Shown: piece by piece, positions 1 through 10,700 of the stretch
How positions within the stretch are numbered: the stretch's first letter is position 1
Layout of the letters: every line of letters begins with the position of its first letter
Source of the DNA: an uncultured delta proteobacterium
GTDB lineage: Bacteria; Myxococcota_A; UBA9160; UBA4427
Length of the DNA stretch: 64,000 bases
Direction of reading: 5' to 3'
Assembly (NCBI GenBank): GCA_963822965.1
Contig: CAWGJT010000014.1
Coordinates: forward strand, 32,001-96,000
Position numbers and translations under genes: made by a program
The notes under the pieces: model-generated
The model's database searches: none
Seen by the model: only the letters and a program-made list of their open reading frames with translations
What the model was told of the DNA's origin: nothing

Positions 1-314
1 GCTGGTTTCCCTGGGTGAGCCTCGACGACGCCGTAGGCCTCCTGGTCTGGGCGCTCGACCACGACGTCTCGGGCCCGGTGAACGCGGTGGCGCCCGAGCC
101 CGTGCGCATGGGGACCTTCGCCCGCACCCTGGGTCGTGTGCTGCACCGGCCGGCGCTGCTGCCGGTGCCCGAGCTCGCGCTCTCCCTGCTGCTCGGCGAG
201 ATGGGCGCCTCGCTCGTCCCCGGGCAGAAGGTGGTGCCCGGGGTCGCGACCGACGCGGGCTACCCGTTCCGCGAGCCCACCCTGGAAGGCGCCCTGCGAA
301 GCTGCCTGTCCTGA
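1..314 (+). CDS. TIGR01777-family NAD-dependent epimerase/oxidoreductase, C-terminal part (DUF1731), 5'-truncated by window edge
   Basis: W.SLDD..G....AL....SGPVNAVAPEPV...F...LGRVLHRP..LPVP...L...LGE...L..GQ.V.P.....GY.F..PTLE.AL is typical of the YfcH/TIGR01777 C-terminus. Confidence 0.85.
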   Translation, partial: WFPWVSLDDAVGLLVWALDHDVSGPVNAVAPEPVRMGTFARTLGRVLHRPALLPVPELALSLLLGEMGASLVPGQKVVPGVATDAGYPFREPTLEGALRSCLS

Positions 315-406
315 CGGGCTGTCCTGGGACGATCCGTCCCGGACGCGTGGTACCCTGCACGCGCGAATCGGGCTGGCCCTCGAACGCGCTCGCGAAGGGA
401 GGTCCC

Positions 407-1307
407 GTGGAGCCGCGTACCGAACGCGTCGTCCTGATCCTTGCAGACATCAGCGGCTACACGCGCTTCATGCTCGCCACTCAGCAGGCGCTCGCGCACG
501 GGCAGATGGTGATCACCACCCTGCTCGAGGAGATCATCCGCGAGGTGGAGATCCCCCTCGAGGTTGCAGGAGCTCGAGGGGGACGCGGTCTTCCTCTACG
601 CGATCAAGCCGGCCGACGAGGCGGAATGGGAAGAGACGCGGCGTTTGATCGGCCGCAAGCTCATCGGCTTCTTCGAGGCATTCGCGCGCGGCATCCTCCT
701 GGGCTCGGAGTTCGCGCTGTGCTCCTGCCCCTCCTGCCAGAACGTCGACCAGCTCAAGCTGAAGATCGTCGTCCACAGTGGTGAGGCGCTCTTCCACCAG
801 GTCGGACGTTTCGCGAGCGTGTCCGGAGCGGACGTGATCCTGGCGCATCGGCTGCTCAAGAACTCGATCCAGGGCGACGAGTACGTGCTGATGACCGAGC
901 CCGCCTACCGGGACATCGAGTTCCCGACCGAGGTGCCGGTGACCCGGGGCGAGGAGCACTACGAGGGCTTCGGCACGATCCCCACCTACGCGTACCTGAC
1001 CGACGGTGCCAGCGCGCCCAGCCCCCAGGCGGTGGAGCGCCTGTACGCGAACCGCGGCCGGGCCTTCGGCGCGGGGCTGCGCGTGTTCGCCAGGGGCTAC
1101 CTGGGTCAGTTCCCGGTCCTGCTTCGGGGGCGGCGGGCCGGAAGCCTCGGCGACGTCGAGCCGCCGCCGAGTCGCCCGCTGGTGCGCGCGGCGCTGGCGC
1201 TGCGGGCCTTCGTGCTGGCGCCGCTCCTGCTCCCGTTCGGCGTGGTCGTGCAAGCCAGCCGCGCGCTGACCCGGAGCGCGCGCTCCACCAGGCGGCGTCG
1301 GGCGTAG
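407..1307 (+). CDS. DUF2652 (class III nucleotide-cyclase-like) protein; one frameshift near 564
   Basis: GTG at 407 after AAGGGAGG; LILADISGYTRF in one frame continues as ELEGDAVFLYA...CSCPSC.NVDQLKLKIVVHSGE...GADVILAHRLLKNSI in another. Confidence 0.75.
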
Positions 1308-1857
1308 CCGTCCCCGAGCGCTCGCGACTCCGCGCTGTCGGTTTCCCGGACGCCTCCCCGTAGGAAAGTCGAGGCACGCTCGGGCGTCAGCCGGGGAAGC
1401 AGCTCGAGGGTCCCGTCCGCCGTCCCGGCACTCGGGGTCTCCCGAGATCCGAGCCGGAATCGCCTGCGATCCTGCGCATTCCGGGCTCGGACGGCGGGCG
1501 ATGGCAGGAGACGGCTCGGCGGCGGCCCCGGGATTCATCAGAGAACGATCAAGTCACCATCAAGTAGCGCCCGCAAGTTGCGCGTAGGCTGCTCCCCGGA
1601 TGGTCGAACGACCGTCGATGACGCAGGGAGGCGCCACCGTGGCCCGTCACCGCTCTCGGTTCCTCGTCTCGCTCGTGTGGCACCCCTCGGCACCTGGCTT
1701 TGCCGCCGTGAGAGGGTTGCCCGGTGCGGGCGGCCGAGATGCGCCCGGCACGGTGGGTGTGTTAGGTGGCCCCCTACGGGGCTGCGAGGCGGCCTTCCCC
1801 GGTGCGGGCGCGAATGTTCGAGACATCCGAATCGGGTGCTTGGTCTTCCGGTTCGCG

Positions 1858-1877
1858 TGATATAACACTCTGGGAGG
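1858..1877 (+). promoter_or_regulatory. Extended -10-like element (TGaTATAAC) and RBS (GGGAGG) upstream of the giant-protein operon
   Basis: AT-rich TATAAC at 1861-1866 in a GC-rich background, preceded by TG; GGGAGG at 1872-1877; ATG at 1885. Confidence 0.45.
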
Positions 1878-1884
1878 ACGGCGC

Positions 1885-4800
1885 ATGCCGTTCGCCATCG
1901 AAAGCCGAGGGAGCCTGGAGACGCGGTCGCGTGTCGCGATCCGACGACTCCGCACCGGGCTGGCCCTGGCGGTCGCGCTGGCAGCGGCCTGGCCCGGTCT
2001 GGCGAGCGCCCAGCAGCTGGCGCTCCTCAACGCCAACGCGAACGTCTCGGGCGCACCCGACGGCACTTACTTCGTCGACACCGCGGTGCTCGACGTCGAG
2101 ATCCAGGTCTGGGTTGCGGTGCCCACCGCATCCGATGCGATCGCCTTCGACGCGCAGCTCGACCTGGTGGGTTCGGGCGACGCGCTGTGTCCGGTCGGGG
2201 GTCCCTACCTGCCCGCCTGCGTGCAGACCCTGCAGATCATCCCCTTCGCGGTGAATGAGATCGACGCGCTCGACAACATCCAGAACATCGTGAAGGAAGC
2301 GCAGATCGCGCTGAGCCCCGCCGGCGCCGACGCGTTCGACGCCTTCGTGGCCCAGCAGGTGGCGGCGGGTCGCACCGTCGCGTTCCGGATCGTGTTCGAC
2401 ATCGACGATGTCTACGCCGTCGATCCGGGCTTCTACTTCTTCAGCGGCACCCCCGACCTCGCGCCCTTGAGCGGCGTGCTGCGGTTCGGCGGCATCACGA
2501 CCCAGCTCCAGAGCTTCCGGCGCCTGGGGCCCTGCGGCACGGCGGCCGGCTGGGAGGTGCAGAGCGCGCTCGCCGACTGGACCCCCGGAAGCGATCCGTC
2601 GTGGCAGACCGCCAGCCTCGTGCTGGCCCCCCCCGACTGCGCTCTACCCGTCCTGGCGGGCAGCGCGCTCGATCTCAGGCTCACCGACGGCAGCGCGTCG
2701 GTGCTGCAGGTGGACGGTCAGCTGGGAGGCCTGGACGTGGCGCTGCAGAGCGTCGTGCTCGACTCGTCGGGCGCGCAGCCCTTCACGGTGCGCGTCGACC
2801 TGCCCGCGAACACCAGCTTCCACGGCAAGTCGGCGGCCGGAAACCCGCTGCCCCGGGGTCAGGACTCGATCCTGATGAGCGGGGTCGGCGCGCCCGCGAG
2901 CAATGACTTCGACGACCTCACGCACACCCAGGTGCTCGCCGGAGGGGGGTTCCTGCGGCCCGAAGGTCCACCGCTGTCGTTCGAGGTCGGCTCGCTCCAG
3001 CTCTCGAGCGCGGGCCTCGCCGGCGACTACGTGGGCATCCACTACCACTACGATCTCGCGTACGCGAGCAACGATCCGCGCAGCACCCGGGGACCGCGCA
3101 GCAACGACGCCCGCTTCCGCGTTCCCAGCGTCACCCCCGGCGCCTCCACGTTCAGCGTGACCGGCAGCGGGCTCGACGCCGCGCCCCAGTTCCAAGCTTC
3201 CCAGGCCGATACCCACTTCCCGCGCACCCAGGTGACCTTTTCGGGCTACTCGGTCGAGCTCGCGGACAGCGCACTCGTGGACGGGCAGTCGCTGCCGCAC
3301 GGTGGCACCAACGGCTACAGCTTCGTGCAGAGCCCCGCGTGCCCGGGCTGCCCGGTAGCGGACACACTGGCCGCCCCGCTCTTCTCTCTCGCCCTCGCCC
3401 GCGACGAAGGCCTGGGCTTCGACGGCGCCGTCACCGCGCTCACAGGGGCCATCGGCGCAAACGCCACCTGGGGTCCCGAGCACACGCCCACCTCGCAGCG
3501 CATCTTCGCGCGACGGACGGACGACGTGGTGCCAGGCGTCGTCTTCCTGCCAGGCTTCCAGGCCCAGTACACGAGCACCGGCAGCTACAGCGTGAGCGAG
3601 TACCTGCTCGGCATGCGCGAAGCCACCGACACGGGCTCGGCGCTGCTGCCGGGCGGGCATCACCCCCTGTCGACGGACGACGCGCGCGCCGGCAACTACT
3701 TCATGGCTGGCCTCAACGTCGGTCCCGAGCTGCTTCGCGACGGCTCCGGACTGCCCCAGCAAGGCGTCGGCACCTTCATCGACGGACGGGTCACGCGGAT
3801 CGGATTCGGGGGCGTCACCGCACCCGACTTCGAGGACGTGGTCGCGAGCCACGCCACCAAGTACGTGCTGCGAGAGGGGGGCGTCACGGGGGTGTTCAAC
3901 ACCCTGGTGCCGCCGCAGCCCCTCGTCTACGGCCACCAGCTGGCGCTTCGCCGCTTCGCCTTCCGCCAGGTCTCCAACGCGCTCGACCCCGAGACCTGGA
4001 TCGACGGCATCGTCTCGGTCCCGAACCCCGGCGGCTTCGAGATCAGCCTGTCGTCCATCGATCTCGAGTGCAGCGGCAACCTGGCCGGCGGGAGGGTGGA
4101 CCGCGATCTGTGTGGCAACATGCTCGACGACAACGGGAACCTCGTCATCGACGAGAACTGCGACGAGAGTCTCTTCGCGTGGAAGACGCCCTTCCTGGTG
4201 CGAAGCGCCGAGTTCAAGCCGCCCGACCCGCAACCGCCCCTGTGCGTCCCGTCGACCCGCGACCTGTACGTGCGCGGGCGCATCGAGCCGTGGGCCCTCG
4301 ACGATCCCATGTTGCTCGGGGCGCGCTGGACCCCCAGCGGTCACCCCTTCGACGCATCGATTGCCGGCAGCACGGAGCGCAAGCTCGACCGCCCCGACAC
4401 GGGCCCCGACCTCGATCAGGCCTTCGATGTGTCCGTCGATTCGTCCGTCGAGCTCGGCCTCGACGACGACGAGACCCAGGGCTGGTTCCAGATGGCCGGG
4501 CTGATGGGCCTGCCCTTCTGGGACGACCTGTCCATCGACCTGCGCGTGCAGAACCGCGACCTCCAGACCGCCACGCCGGCGCAGACGCTGGTCTTCGCGA
4601 AGGGCACGCTCGCCGGCATCCCGAACCAGCAGATCCTCCACAACGACGAGGAGCCGCTCACGACCGAGATGACGAACCCGGGCTCGAGCACGCTCCCCGA
4701 CGCCCACTACACCTGGGGCGCCACCACCTTCGAGTTCAACCTTCCCATCTACTACGACGTGGGACACCACGACCAGGACGAGGCGCCGCAGTTCGTCGGC

Positions 4801-7713
4801 GTCTCCTCCAACATGCACCTGTCCCTGCTCGACGCCCAGGCCCTCGTTCACTACGTGCGGCCCGATGCGACCGCGCTCAGCTTCGGCGCCAGCGCGAACA
4901 TCGAACGCCTGACCCAGGCAGCCGCCGACCTGCGCATGCACGTCGATCTCGACGACCCCACCAGCGTTCTCGCGATCGAGAGCTTCCTCGATACCTTCTT
5001 CGGCGTTCCCGGCACGCCCGTCCAGGACCTCGTCATGAAGGTCGGCGAGGTCAGGACGCTGCTCGCGTGCTTCAACAACGGCGGCCTCGAGGCCTGCATC
5101 ACGGAGCAGCTGCAGAGCGCCCTGGGGGCCGCGCTGGGCGACGCCGACGCACTCGCCCAGCAGCTGACCAGCGCGCGCGGGCAGGCGGCGGGCGCCGTCG
5201 TAACCGCCAACACCCGGCTCACCCAGGCGATCAATCTCACGAACCCGAGCGGGCAGCTGGTCTCCACTGCCGACGCGGCGATGGTGCTGATCTATCAGAC
5301 GGTGCCGGACCTGATCAAGCTGCAGCAGACGACCCTGTCACCCGTGCCGCCGGGGATACCCGACGCCCTGGGCGAGGCCAGCGACAAGCTCGATACCGCC
5401 AGAGCCGCGCTCACGACCGCGCAGCAGCAGCTCGCCAGTGCAAAGATCGCGGCGGATCAGGCCATCGCGCAGCTCACCACGCAGATCATGCAGGCCGGGG
5501 CCAACGTCCAGTCCGTCAAGGCGGATCTGAACGGCATGGGACTCGAGGTCTGCAGTCAGGCCCACCCGATGTTCCTGCGCGCCCGTGACGCGATGGAGGC
5601 CGCCGACAGCGTGGTCACCCAGGTGCGCACGTCGAGCTATCTGAGCCTCGCGAACAGCCTCGCAGGGCTCGATCCGGCGAAGGTCGCCGCGGCCCAGAAC
5701 TCCTTCGTGGACTACGTCGACTCGATCAAGGCGGCGATCGGTCTGTCCAAGACCAGGATGGAGGACTTCCTGGCTTGCAACGACCCGCAGGTGTCGGCGC
5801 TCACGGGCTTGATCGCCGGCGCGAACCAGGAGCTCGACGGCGTGGCGCTGTCCCTCAACGGCCTCGTCGGCGCCGTGCAGAACTTTCGCAACCGGTTGTT
5901 CGTCGACACCAACCTGATCTTCCCGCAGGACGGGGGCCACGTCGGGATCGCGAACGGGAGGCTTGCGCAGGCCCAGAACGTGATCACGGCCATTCAGTCG
6001 GTGATCGCGGCGGTCCAGGCCGCGGCGGCCCAGGTGCCGGCGCTGGGGGGCGTGCCGATGCCGATCTACCAGTCCGCGGCCACTGGCGACGATATTCGCG
6101 CGAAGTGGAACCTTGCCGTGAGTCAGGCCACGAACGGCGGGTACCAGTGGTACTACGCGATTCCCAACCGATCGGTCATCGACGCACTGATGACGAACGT
6201 CAACAGCGATCTCGTCAACGCCAAGAACCTCGTCAGCCAGGCCGCGGCCGCCGACCTCGATCCGCTGCTCGCGAAGATCCCGGTCGTTCGCGACGGCGCC
6301 GAGCTCATCGACTGGATCCTCGGCTACATCATGAACCACGCCGCGGTGAAGGCCTTCCTCGTGCGCGCGCACGAGCTGCTCGACGAGCCGATCGACGCCA
6401 TTCTGGGGCTGGTCAACAACGTGCTCGACCGTGTCGGCTCCCTGATCCGGCTGGCCCTGGACGCCATCGCGAGCATGCAGCAGAACGTGTGGGTCGGAAC
6501 CGACGGCAAGCTGCGCTTCAGCCCGCTGGCGGCCTTCGAGCACCTCGACGGCAAGGCGTGGATCAGCGGTGACGACCTCGAGGCGCTCCACCTGACGGCG
6601 CGCTTCGACTTCCTGAAGGATTTCATTCCGCGGCTGCTCGAGGCGAGCATCTCCGTCGACATCGCGCCCTGGAGCTGGCAGGGCGAGACGAAGGCCTCCT
6701 GCATCGCGGATGTCGCGCTCGATCAGGTCCTCGAGACCTCGATCCGCATCGACGCTCCGGTCGGTGACCTCGCAAACGTATTCGGGATCCCGATCCAGAT
6801 CGACACGCTCTACTACAAGACCCTCGAGCAGACCGGCACCGACATCGGCTCGTCTGGCGGCTTCGCGGTCAGCGGCGACATTCCGCTCGTCGCGGTCCCG
6901 ATCGCGCCGCTGCCGATGATCATCCACGACGTGGGGGCCACCTGGGGCAACACGCGCATCCTGCGCTTCTGCAGCGACGACCCCGCTCAGGTCTGTTACA
7001 ACGACAAGGAGTGCACGAGCAACAGCTGCATCGGCCCGCCCCTCGAGGCCGAGGGCAACTGCCTGCGGAAGGTGGCCGACGCCTTCGTCAGCTGCACGAA
7101 CGACAACGAGTGCGTGCAAGACCCGGGGGACTACTGCAAGAGGCTGCCCGCCGAGGTCGAGGACTACTTCGGTGGGCGTCTGCGCGCGTCGGTTCCGGGC
7201 CTGCCGGCGTTCGACAGCGGCATGTTCGTCGGCAAGACCTGCTCGCGCGAGCCCCTCGAGCTGATCGATCCCCAGGCTGCCGAGTTCGTCACGTTCCCGA
7301 ACGGACGTTTCAACGGCATCTACGTCCGCGGCGGCACCAACCTGACCATCATCCCGGGCCCCTGCTTCCTGAACATGAAAGCGGGTGTCGACGTGGGCAA
7401 CTGGATCCAGCCGGCGCCAGCGGCCGTGGTCGGCGGCCTCATCCGGGGGCACGCCACGGGCAAGCTGATGTGCCTCGCCGGACTGCGCGGCCAGATGACC
7501 ACCGCCCTCGAGTTCTCGGGCGAGGGCGTCCGCTTCGGCGGCGAGGCCTTCGGGGTGGCCGGCATCGGCATCGACTGCGATCCCGATACCTGGACCTCGG
7601 TGCAGAACAGTCGCAACGACACCTGGTGCGCGACGGCCGACGGCCGCGTGCTGGTGAAGCTCAAGAACGGTCTGTGGGAGCGTGGATCCGTCGACGTCAC
7701 GGGGTTGCACTGA
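1885..7713 (+). CDS. Giant secreted hypothetical protein (1942 aa): beta-rich N-terminal region, long helical core, Cys/Gly-rich beta C-terminus
   Basis: Uninterrupted ORF with GC3-biased codons; signal-peptide-like LALAVALAAAWPGLASA|QQ; Ala/Gln/Leu helical region about 4900-6480; Cys-rich insert about 6960-7140. Confidence 0.85.
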   Translation: MPFAIESRGSLETRSRVAIRRLRTGLALAVALAAAWPGLASAQQLALLNANANVSGAPDGTYFVDTAVLDVEIQVWVAVPTASDAIAFDAQLDLVGSGDALCPVGGPYLPACVQTLQIIPFAVNEIDALDNIQNIVKEAQIALSPAGADAFDAFVAQQVAAGRTVAFRIVFDIDDVYAVDPGFYFFSGTPDLAPLSGVLRFGGITTQLQSFRRLGPCGTAAGWEVQSALADWTPGSDPSWQTASLVLAPPDCALPVLAGSALDLRLTDGSASVLQVDGQLGGLDVALQSVVLDSSGAQPFTVRVDLPANTSFHGKSAAGNPLPRGQDSILMSGVGAPASNDFDDLTHTQVLAGGGFLRPEGPPLSFEVGSLQLSSAGLAGDYVGIHYHYDLAYASNDPRSTRGPRSNDARFRVPSVTPGASTFSVTGSGLDAAPQFQASQADTHFPRTQVTFSGYSVELADSALVDGQSLPHGGTNGYSFVQSPACPGCPVADTLAAPLFSLALARDEGLGFDGAVTALTGAIGANATWGPEHTPTSQRIFARRTDDVVPGVVFLPGFQAQYTSTGSYSVSEYLLGMREATDTGSALLPGGHHPLSTDDARAGNYFMAGLNVGPELLRDGSGLPQQGVGTFIDGRVTRIGFGGVTAPDFEDVVASHATKYVLREGGVTGVFNTLVPPQPLVYGHQLALRRFAFRQVSNALDPETWIDGIVSVPNPGGFEISLSSIDLECSGNLAGGRVDRDLCGNMLDDNGNLVIDENCDESLFAWKTPFLVRSAEFKPPDPQPPLCVPSTRDLYVRGRIEPWALDDPMLLGARWTPSGHPFDASIAGSTERKLDRPDTGPDLDQAFDVSVDSSVELGLDDDETQGWFQMAGLMGLPFWDDLSIDLRVQNRDLQTATPAQTLVFAKGTLAGIPNQQILHNDEEPLTTEMTNPGSSTLPDAHYTWGATTFEFNLPIYYDVGHHDQDEAPQFVGVSSNMHLSLLDAQALVHYVRPDATALSFGASANIERLTQAAADLRMHVDLDDPTSVLAIESFLDTFFGVPGTPVQDLVMKVGEVRTLLACFNNGGLEACITEQLQSALGAALGDADALAQQLTSARGQAAGAVVTANTRLTQAINLTNPSGQLVSTADAAMVLIYQTVPDLIKLQQTTLSPVPPGIPDALGEASDKLDTARAALTTAQQQLASAKIAADQAIAQLTTQIMQAGANVQSVKADLNGMGLEVCSQAHPMFLRARDAMEAADSVVTQVRTSSYLSLANSLAGLDPAKVAAAQNSFVDYVDSIKAAIGLSKTRMEDFLACNDPQVSALTGLIAGANQELDGVALSLNGLVGAVQNFRNRLFVDTNLIFPQDGGHVGIANGRLAQAQNVITAIQSVIAAVQAAAAQVPALGGVPMPIYQSAATGDDIRAKWNLAVSQATNGGYQWYYAIPNRSVIDALMTNVNSDLVNAKNLVSQAAAADLDPLLAKIPVVRDGAELIDWILGYIMNHAAVKAFLVRAHELLDEPIDAILGLVNNVLDRVGSLIRLALDAIASMQQNVWVGTDGKLRFSPLAAFEHLDGKAWISGDDLEALHLTARFDFLKDFIPRLLEASISVDIAPWSWQGETKASCIADVALDQVLETSIRIDAPVGDLANVFGIPIQIDTLYYKTLEQTGTDIGSSGGFAVSGDIPLVAVPIAPLPMIIHDVGATWGNTRILRFCSDDPAQVCYNDKECTSNSCIGPPLEAEGNCLRKVADAFVSCTNDNECVQDPGDYCKRLPAEVEDYFGGRLRASVPGLPAFDSGMFVGKTCSREPLELIDPQAAEFVTFPNGRFNGIYVRGGTNLTIIPGPCFLNMKAGVDVGNWIQPAPAAVVGGLIRGHATGKLMCLAGLRGQMTTALEFSGEGVRFGGEAFGVAGIGIDCDPDTWTSVQNSRNDTWCATADGRVLVKLKNGLWERGSVDVTGLH

Positions 7714-7714
7714 G

Positions 7715-10700
7715 ATGCGAAGGCTCGCCCATCTGGGGATCGTGCTGCTGCTCTTCGCGGCTCCGGCCGCGGCGCAGAACGCGGACCAGCTCTACCTGGT
7801 CGCCTTCGAGGCGCCCGTGGGCTCGATCTCGAGCCCCGGCCAGGGCCAGACCGCCGTGTACGTGCGCTGGGACACCCTCGAGGGCGAGCTTCCCGGAGAC
7901 CTCGTGGAGTTCGAGCTGTTCCGCGACGCCACGTCCCTGGGCACGTTCGCCGCCAACGGCAGCCTCAGCGACCCCGAGATCGCGGGCCTCTATGCGGGCC
8001 CGGAGAACCAGCGGCGCCTGCTCGAGATGGTGCGCTGGCTCGACGAGGAGGACCCGCAGGTCTCCGTCCAGGCGGGGAACCTCCCGCAGGTGTTGCGACA
8101 GCGCGTGCTGCAGGTGCCGCCGCGGGCCGCCCTGGCCTCGCGCGTCGACTTCAACATCGCCCGCGCCCGCCTGCGCGGCTACCTCGACACGGCGCTCGCC
8201 AGCGGCACCTATACCTACCAGCTGCGCGGGCACTTCTCGGGGGCCCAGGACGTTCTCCTGGGCCAGGCCAGCGTCACGGTCGTCGGCACCCCCGACGTGG
8301 CTCCCGCCGCCGAGAGCCTGGCGCAGGTGTCGATGTACCGCTGCGACGCGCCCGAACGCTCGAAGGGGCACGGGACGGTGGCGCTCGACTGGAAGACCGC
8401 CGGCGCGTCGATCGCCGACGAGTTCGCGAACGCCATCGCGATCGCGGGCTACGACCTGTATCGCAGCAGCGAGAACGTGGGGAGCGCCCCGCCGCGGGAC
8501 CTGCGCGCCGAGGCCGCCGTCGCGATGCACGACGCGGGCGGACAGGTCTCGCTTGCCGGCCTCGAGAAGGTGAACGACCAGCCCATCCTGATCGGCGGCA
8601 AGGCCCAGAAGGAGGCCTTGTACCAGGGCTTCAACCCGGACTTCTCGCAGTTCTTCGAGACCCAGGACGAGCTCGCGGCGGCCGGCGTCCAGCCCGGGGA
8701 CACGCGCGCCTACTACCTGGTGGCTCGCGACGTCTCGGGCAATTACGGCGATACCGCGGAGCTCCTCGTCACCGTGACCGACAGCGAGGCGCCCGCGCAG
8801 CCCTGGCACCTGCGCGGCTATCCCCGGCAGTTCGAGGGCCAGTACGCCCTGGAGTGGCCGCAGGTGGAGGCGCGTAGCTACTACCGCCGCAACCTGGCGG
8901 GCCGGACCTACTGCAACCTGGACACGGCACGGCTCGACGGCTTCCTGGAGTTCGTGCCCGAGGGCCAGAACTGCGAGGACGCGCTGCATCTCCACGTCGA
9001 CACGGCCGCGCACGAGTACGCGGTCTACCGCTTCGACAATGCCGAGCAGGCGCGGCGCTTCACCGACAGCGACGGCGACGGATTCGACGACGCCGACGAG
9101 CGACCGAGCATCGAGGATCCCGGCACCGCCTGCGATCCCACGCTCCCCGACCCGCAGACCAGCCCGCTCACCAACTACCGGGTCGGCCTGGTTCCCGCAG
9201 CGAACGCCACCCCCGCAGCGGACGGCCAGGCCTTCCTGGAGTTCATCGATCCCGTCCCCGCGCAGAACGTCGGCGAAGGCTACTGGTACCGCATCGCGTC
9301 GCGCGACCTGGCGGGCAACTCGAGCGGGCTCTCCGAGGTGCTGCCCGCGCTGGTGCCCGACCGCACCCTGCCCGACCGGGACGACGAGCTGGGCGGCCTG
9401 ACCTTCGGTCGCCGCATCTGCGCCCACGGCGTGAACCCGCGCTCGGTACCGGCCGACGACGTCGCCTTCGACCTCACGTCGCCGGGAGTCGCGCACACCC
9501 TGCGCATCAGCTGTCCCAACAGTGGCTCTTCCCAGGCCCCGCCGACGCTCTTCCTGCCCTTCGAAGAGCGAATCAGCGGCGAACGCACGGCCCGGCTCTC
9601 GTCCGCCGACTGCCAGGACCTCGTCGACCCCGAGAGCGGCTGCGAGGGTCGCCCCACCGACTTCGACTACCTGGGCCGCACGGGCTCGCTGCTGGCTACC
9701 TACTCGCTCTCGAGCTTCCCGGACCAGTGTCCCATCACCGGGAGCGAGCTCTTCGAGGAGTGCGATCGACCCATCATCGTTCCGATCGACGACGGCGAGG
9801 TGATTCCCCCCGAAGAGGGTCCGTGGCTCGACCCGGCGCCGGGACCGAACTGCATCGGCGTCTTCCGCCGGGTGGACGGCCGCGCGCTGCGGCTCACCAC
9901 CATGTGCCCCGGCGATCCGCCGCCGCAGCTCGCCAATCTCCCCGACCTCGGCGGCGACCTGATCTGCTTGAGCCTGGCGTCGTACAACGAGAACGCACGC
10001 TCCTCGCCCATGCTGAACCTGCCCTGCTTCCGCCGGCCCGGCACGCCCACCCCGCCCACGCCGGTGGCGATCGACTTCCAGGCCGGCCAGAGCCAGGCCA
10101 CGGTGTCGCTGCTGCAGGCCGAGCGTCCCACCATCGGGGCGCTGATCGAGTGGGAGAAGACCGGCGATCCGCAGTCGCGACGGGTGGCCTTCGTGCCGCG
10201 CGCCGCCGGACCCGACACCGACACCGCCGACCAGATCCCCGTGGAGATCACCCCCGAGCCGCCGGGTCCGAGCTGGCAGGAGGAGTGGTGTTTCCGGGGC
10301 ATCTCCATCGGAGGTCTGCTGCTGGGCGATCCGAACAGCGGCTTCTCCGAGTGGTCGGAGACGGTCTGCGGGGATCGCCAGCCCGCGAGCGCGCCGGCCG
10401 TCGAGTCCCTGGGCTGGCCGCAGGTCCCCATTCCGCCGGAGGACGCCCCCCTGGCCGCGCGCTTCCTGGCGCCCGACGACATTCCGATGGTGCTGCTCTC
10501 CGACGATCTGGCGCCGACGGGCTGCGTGCCGACCGGGCTCGCGTCCTGCGATCCGGGCTCCGCGACGCCCGGCGCGACCTGCGTGGGCGAGCCCGGGGAT
10601 CCTTCCTGGCAGCCCGTCAGCGCCGCCTGCGACATGTGCTCGGCGATCTACTCGAAGCTCACGGTGCCCGTCTCCTTCGTGGCGTACCGCCAGTCGCGCC

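Noticed and set aside
1308..1857. ncRNA or small gene in the long intergenic region
   Set aside because: No recognisable RNA family, repeat or credible coding signal.
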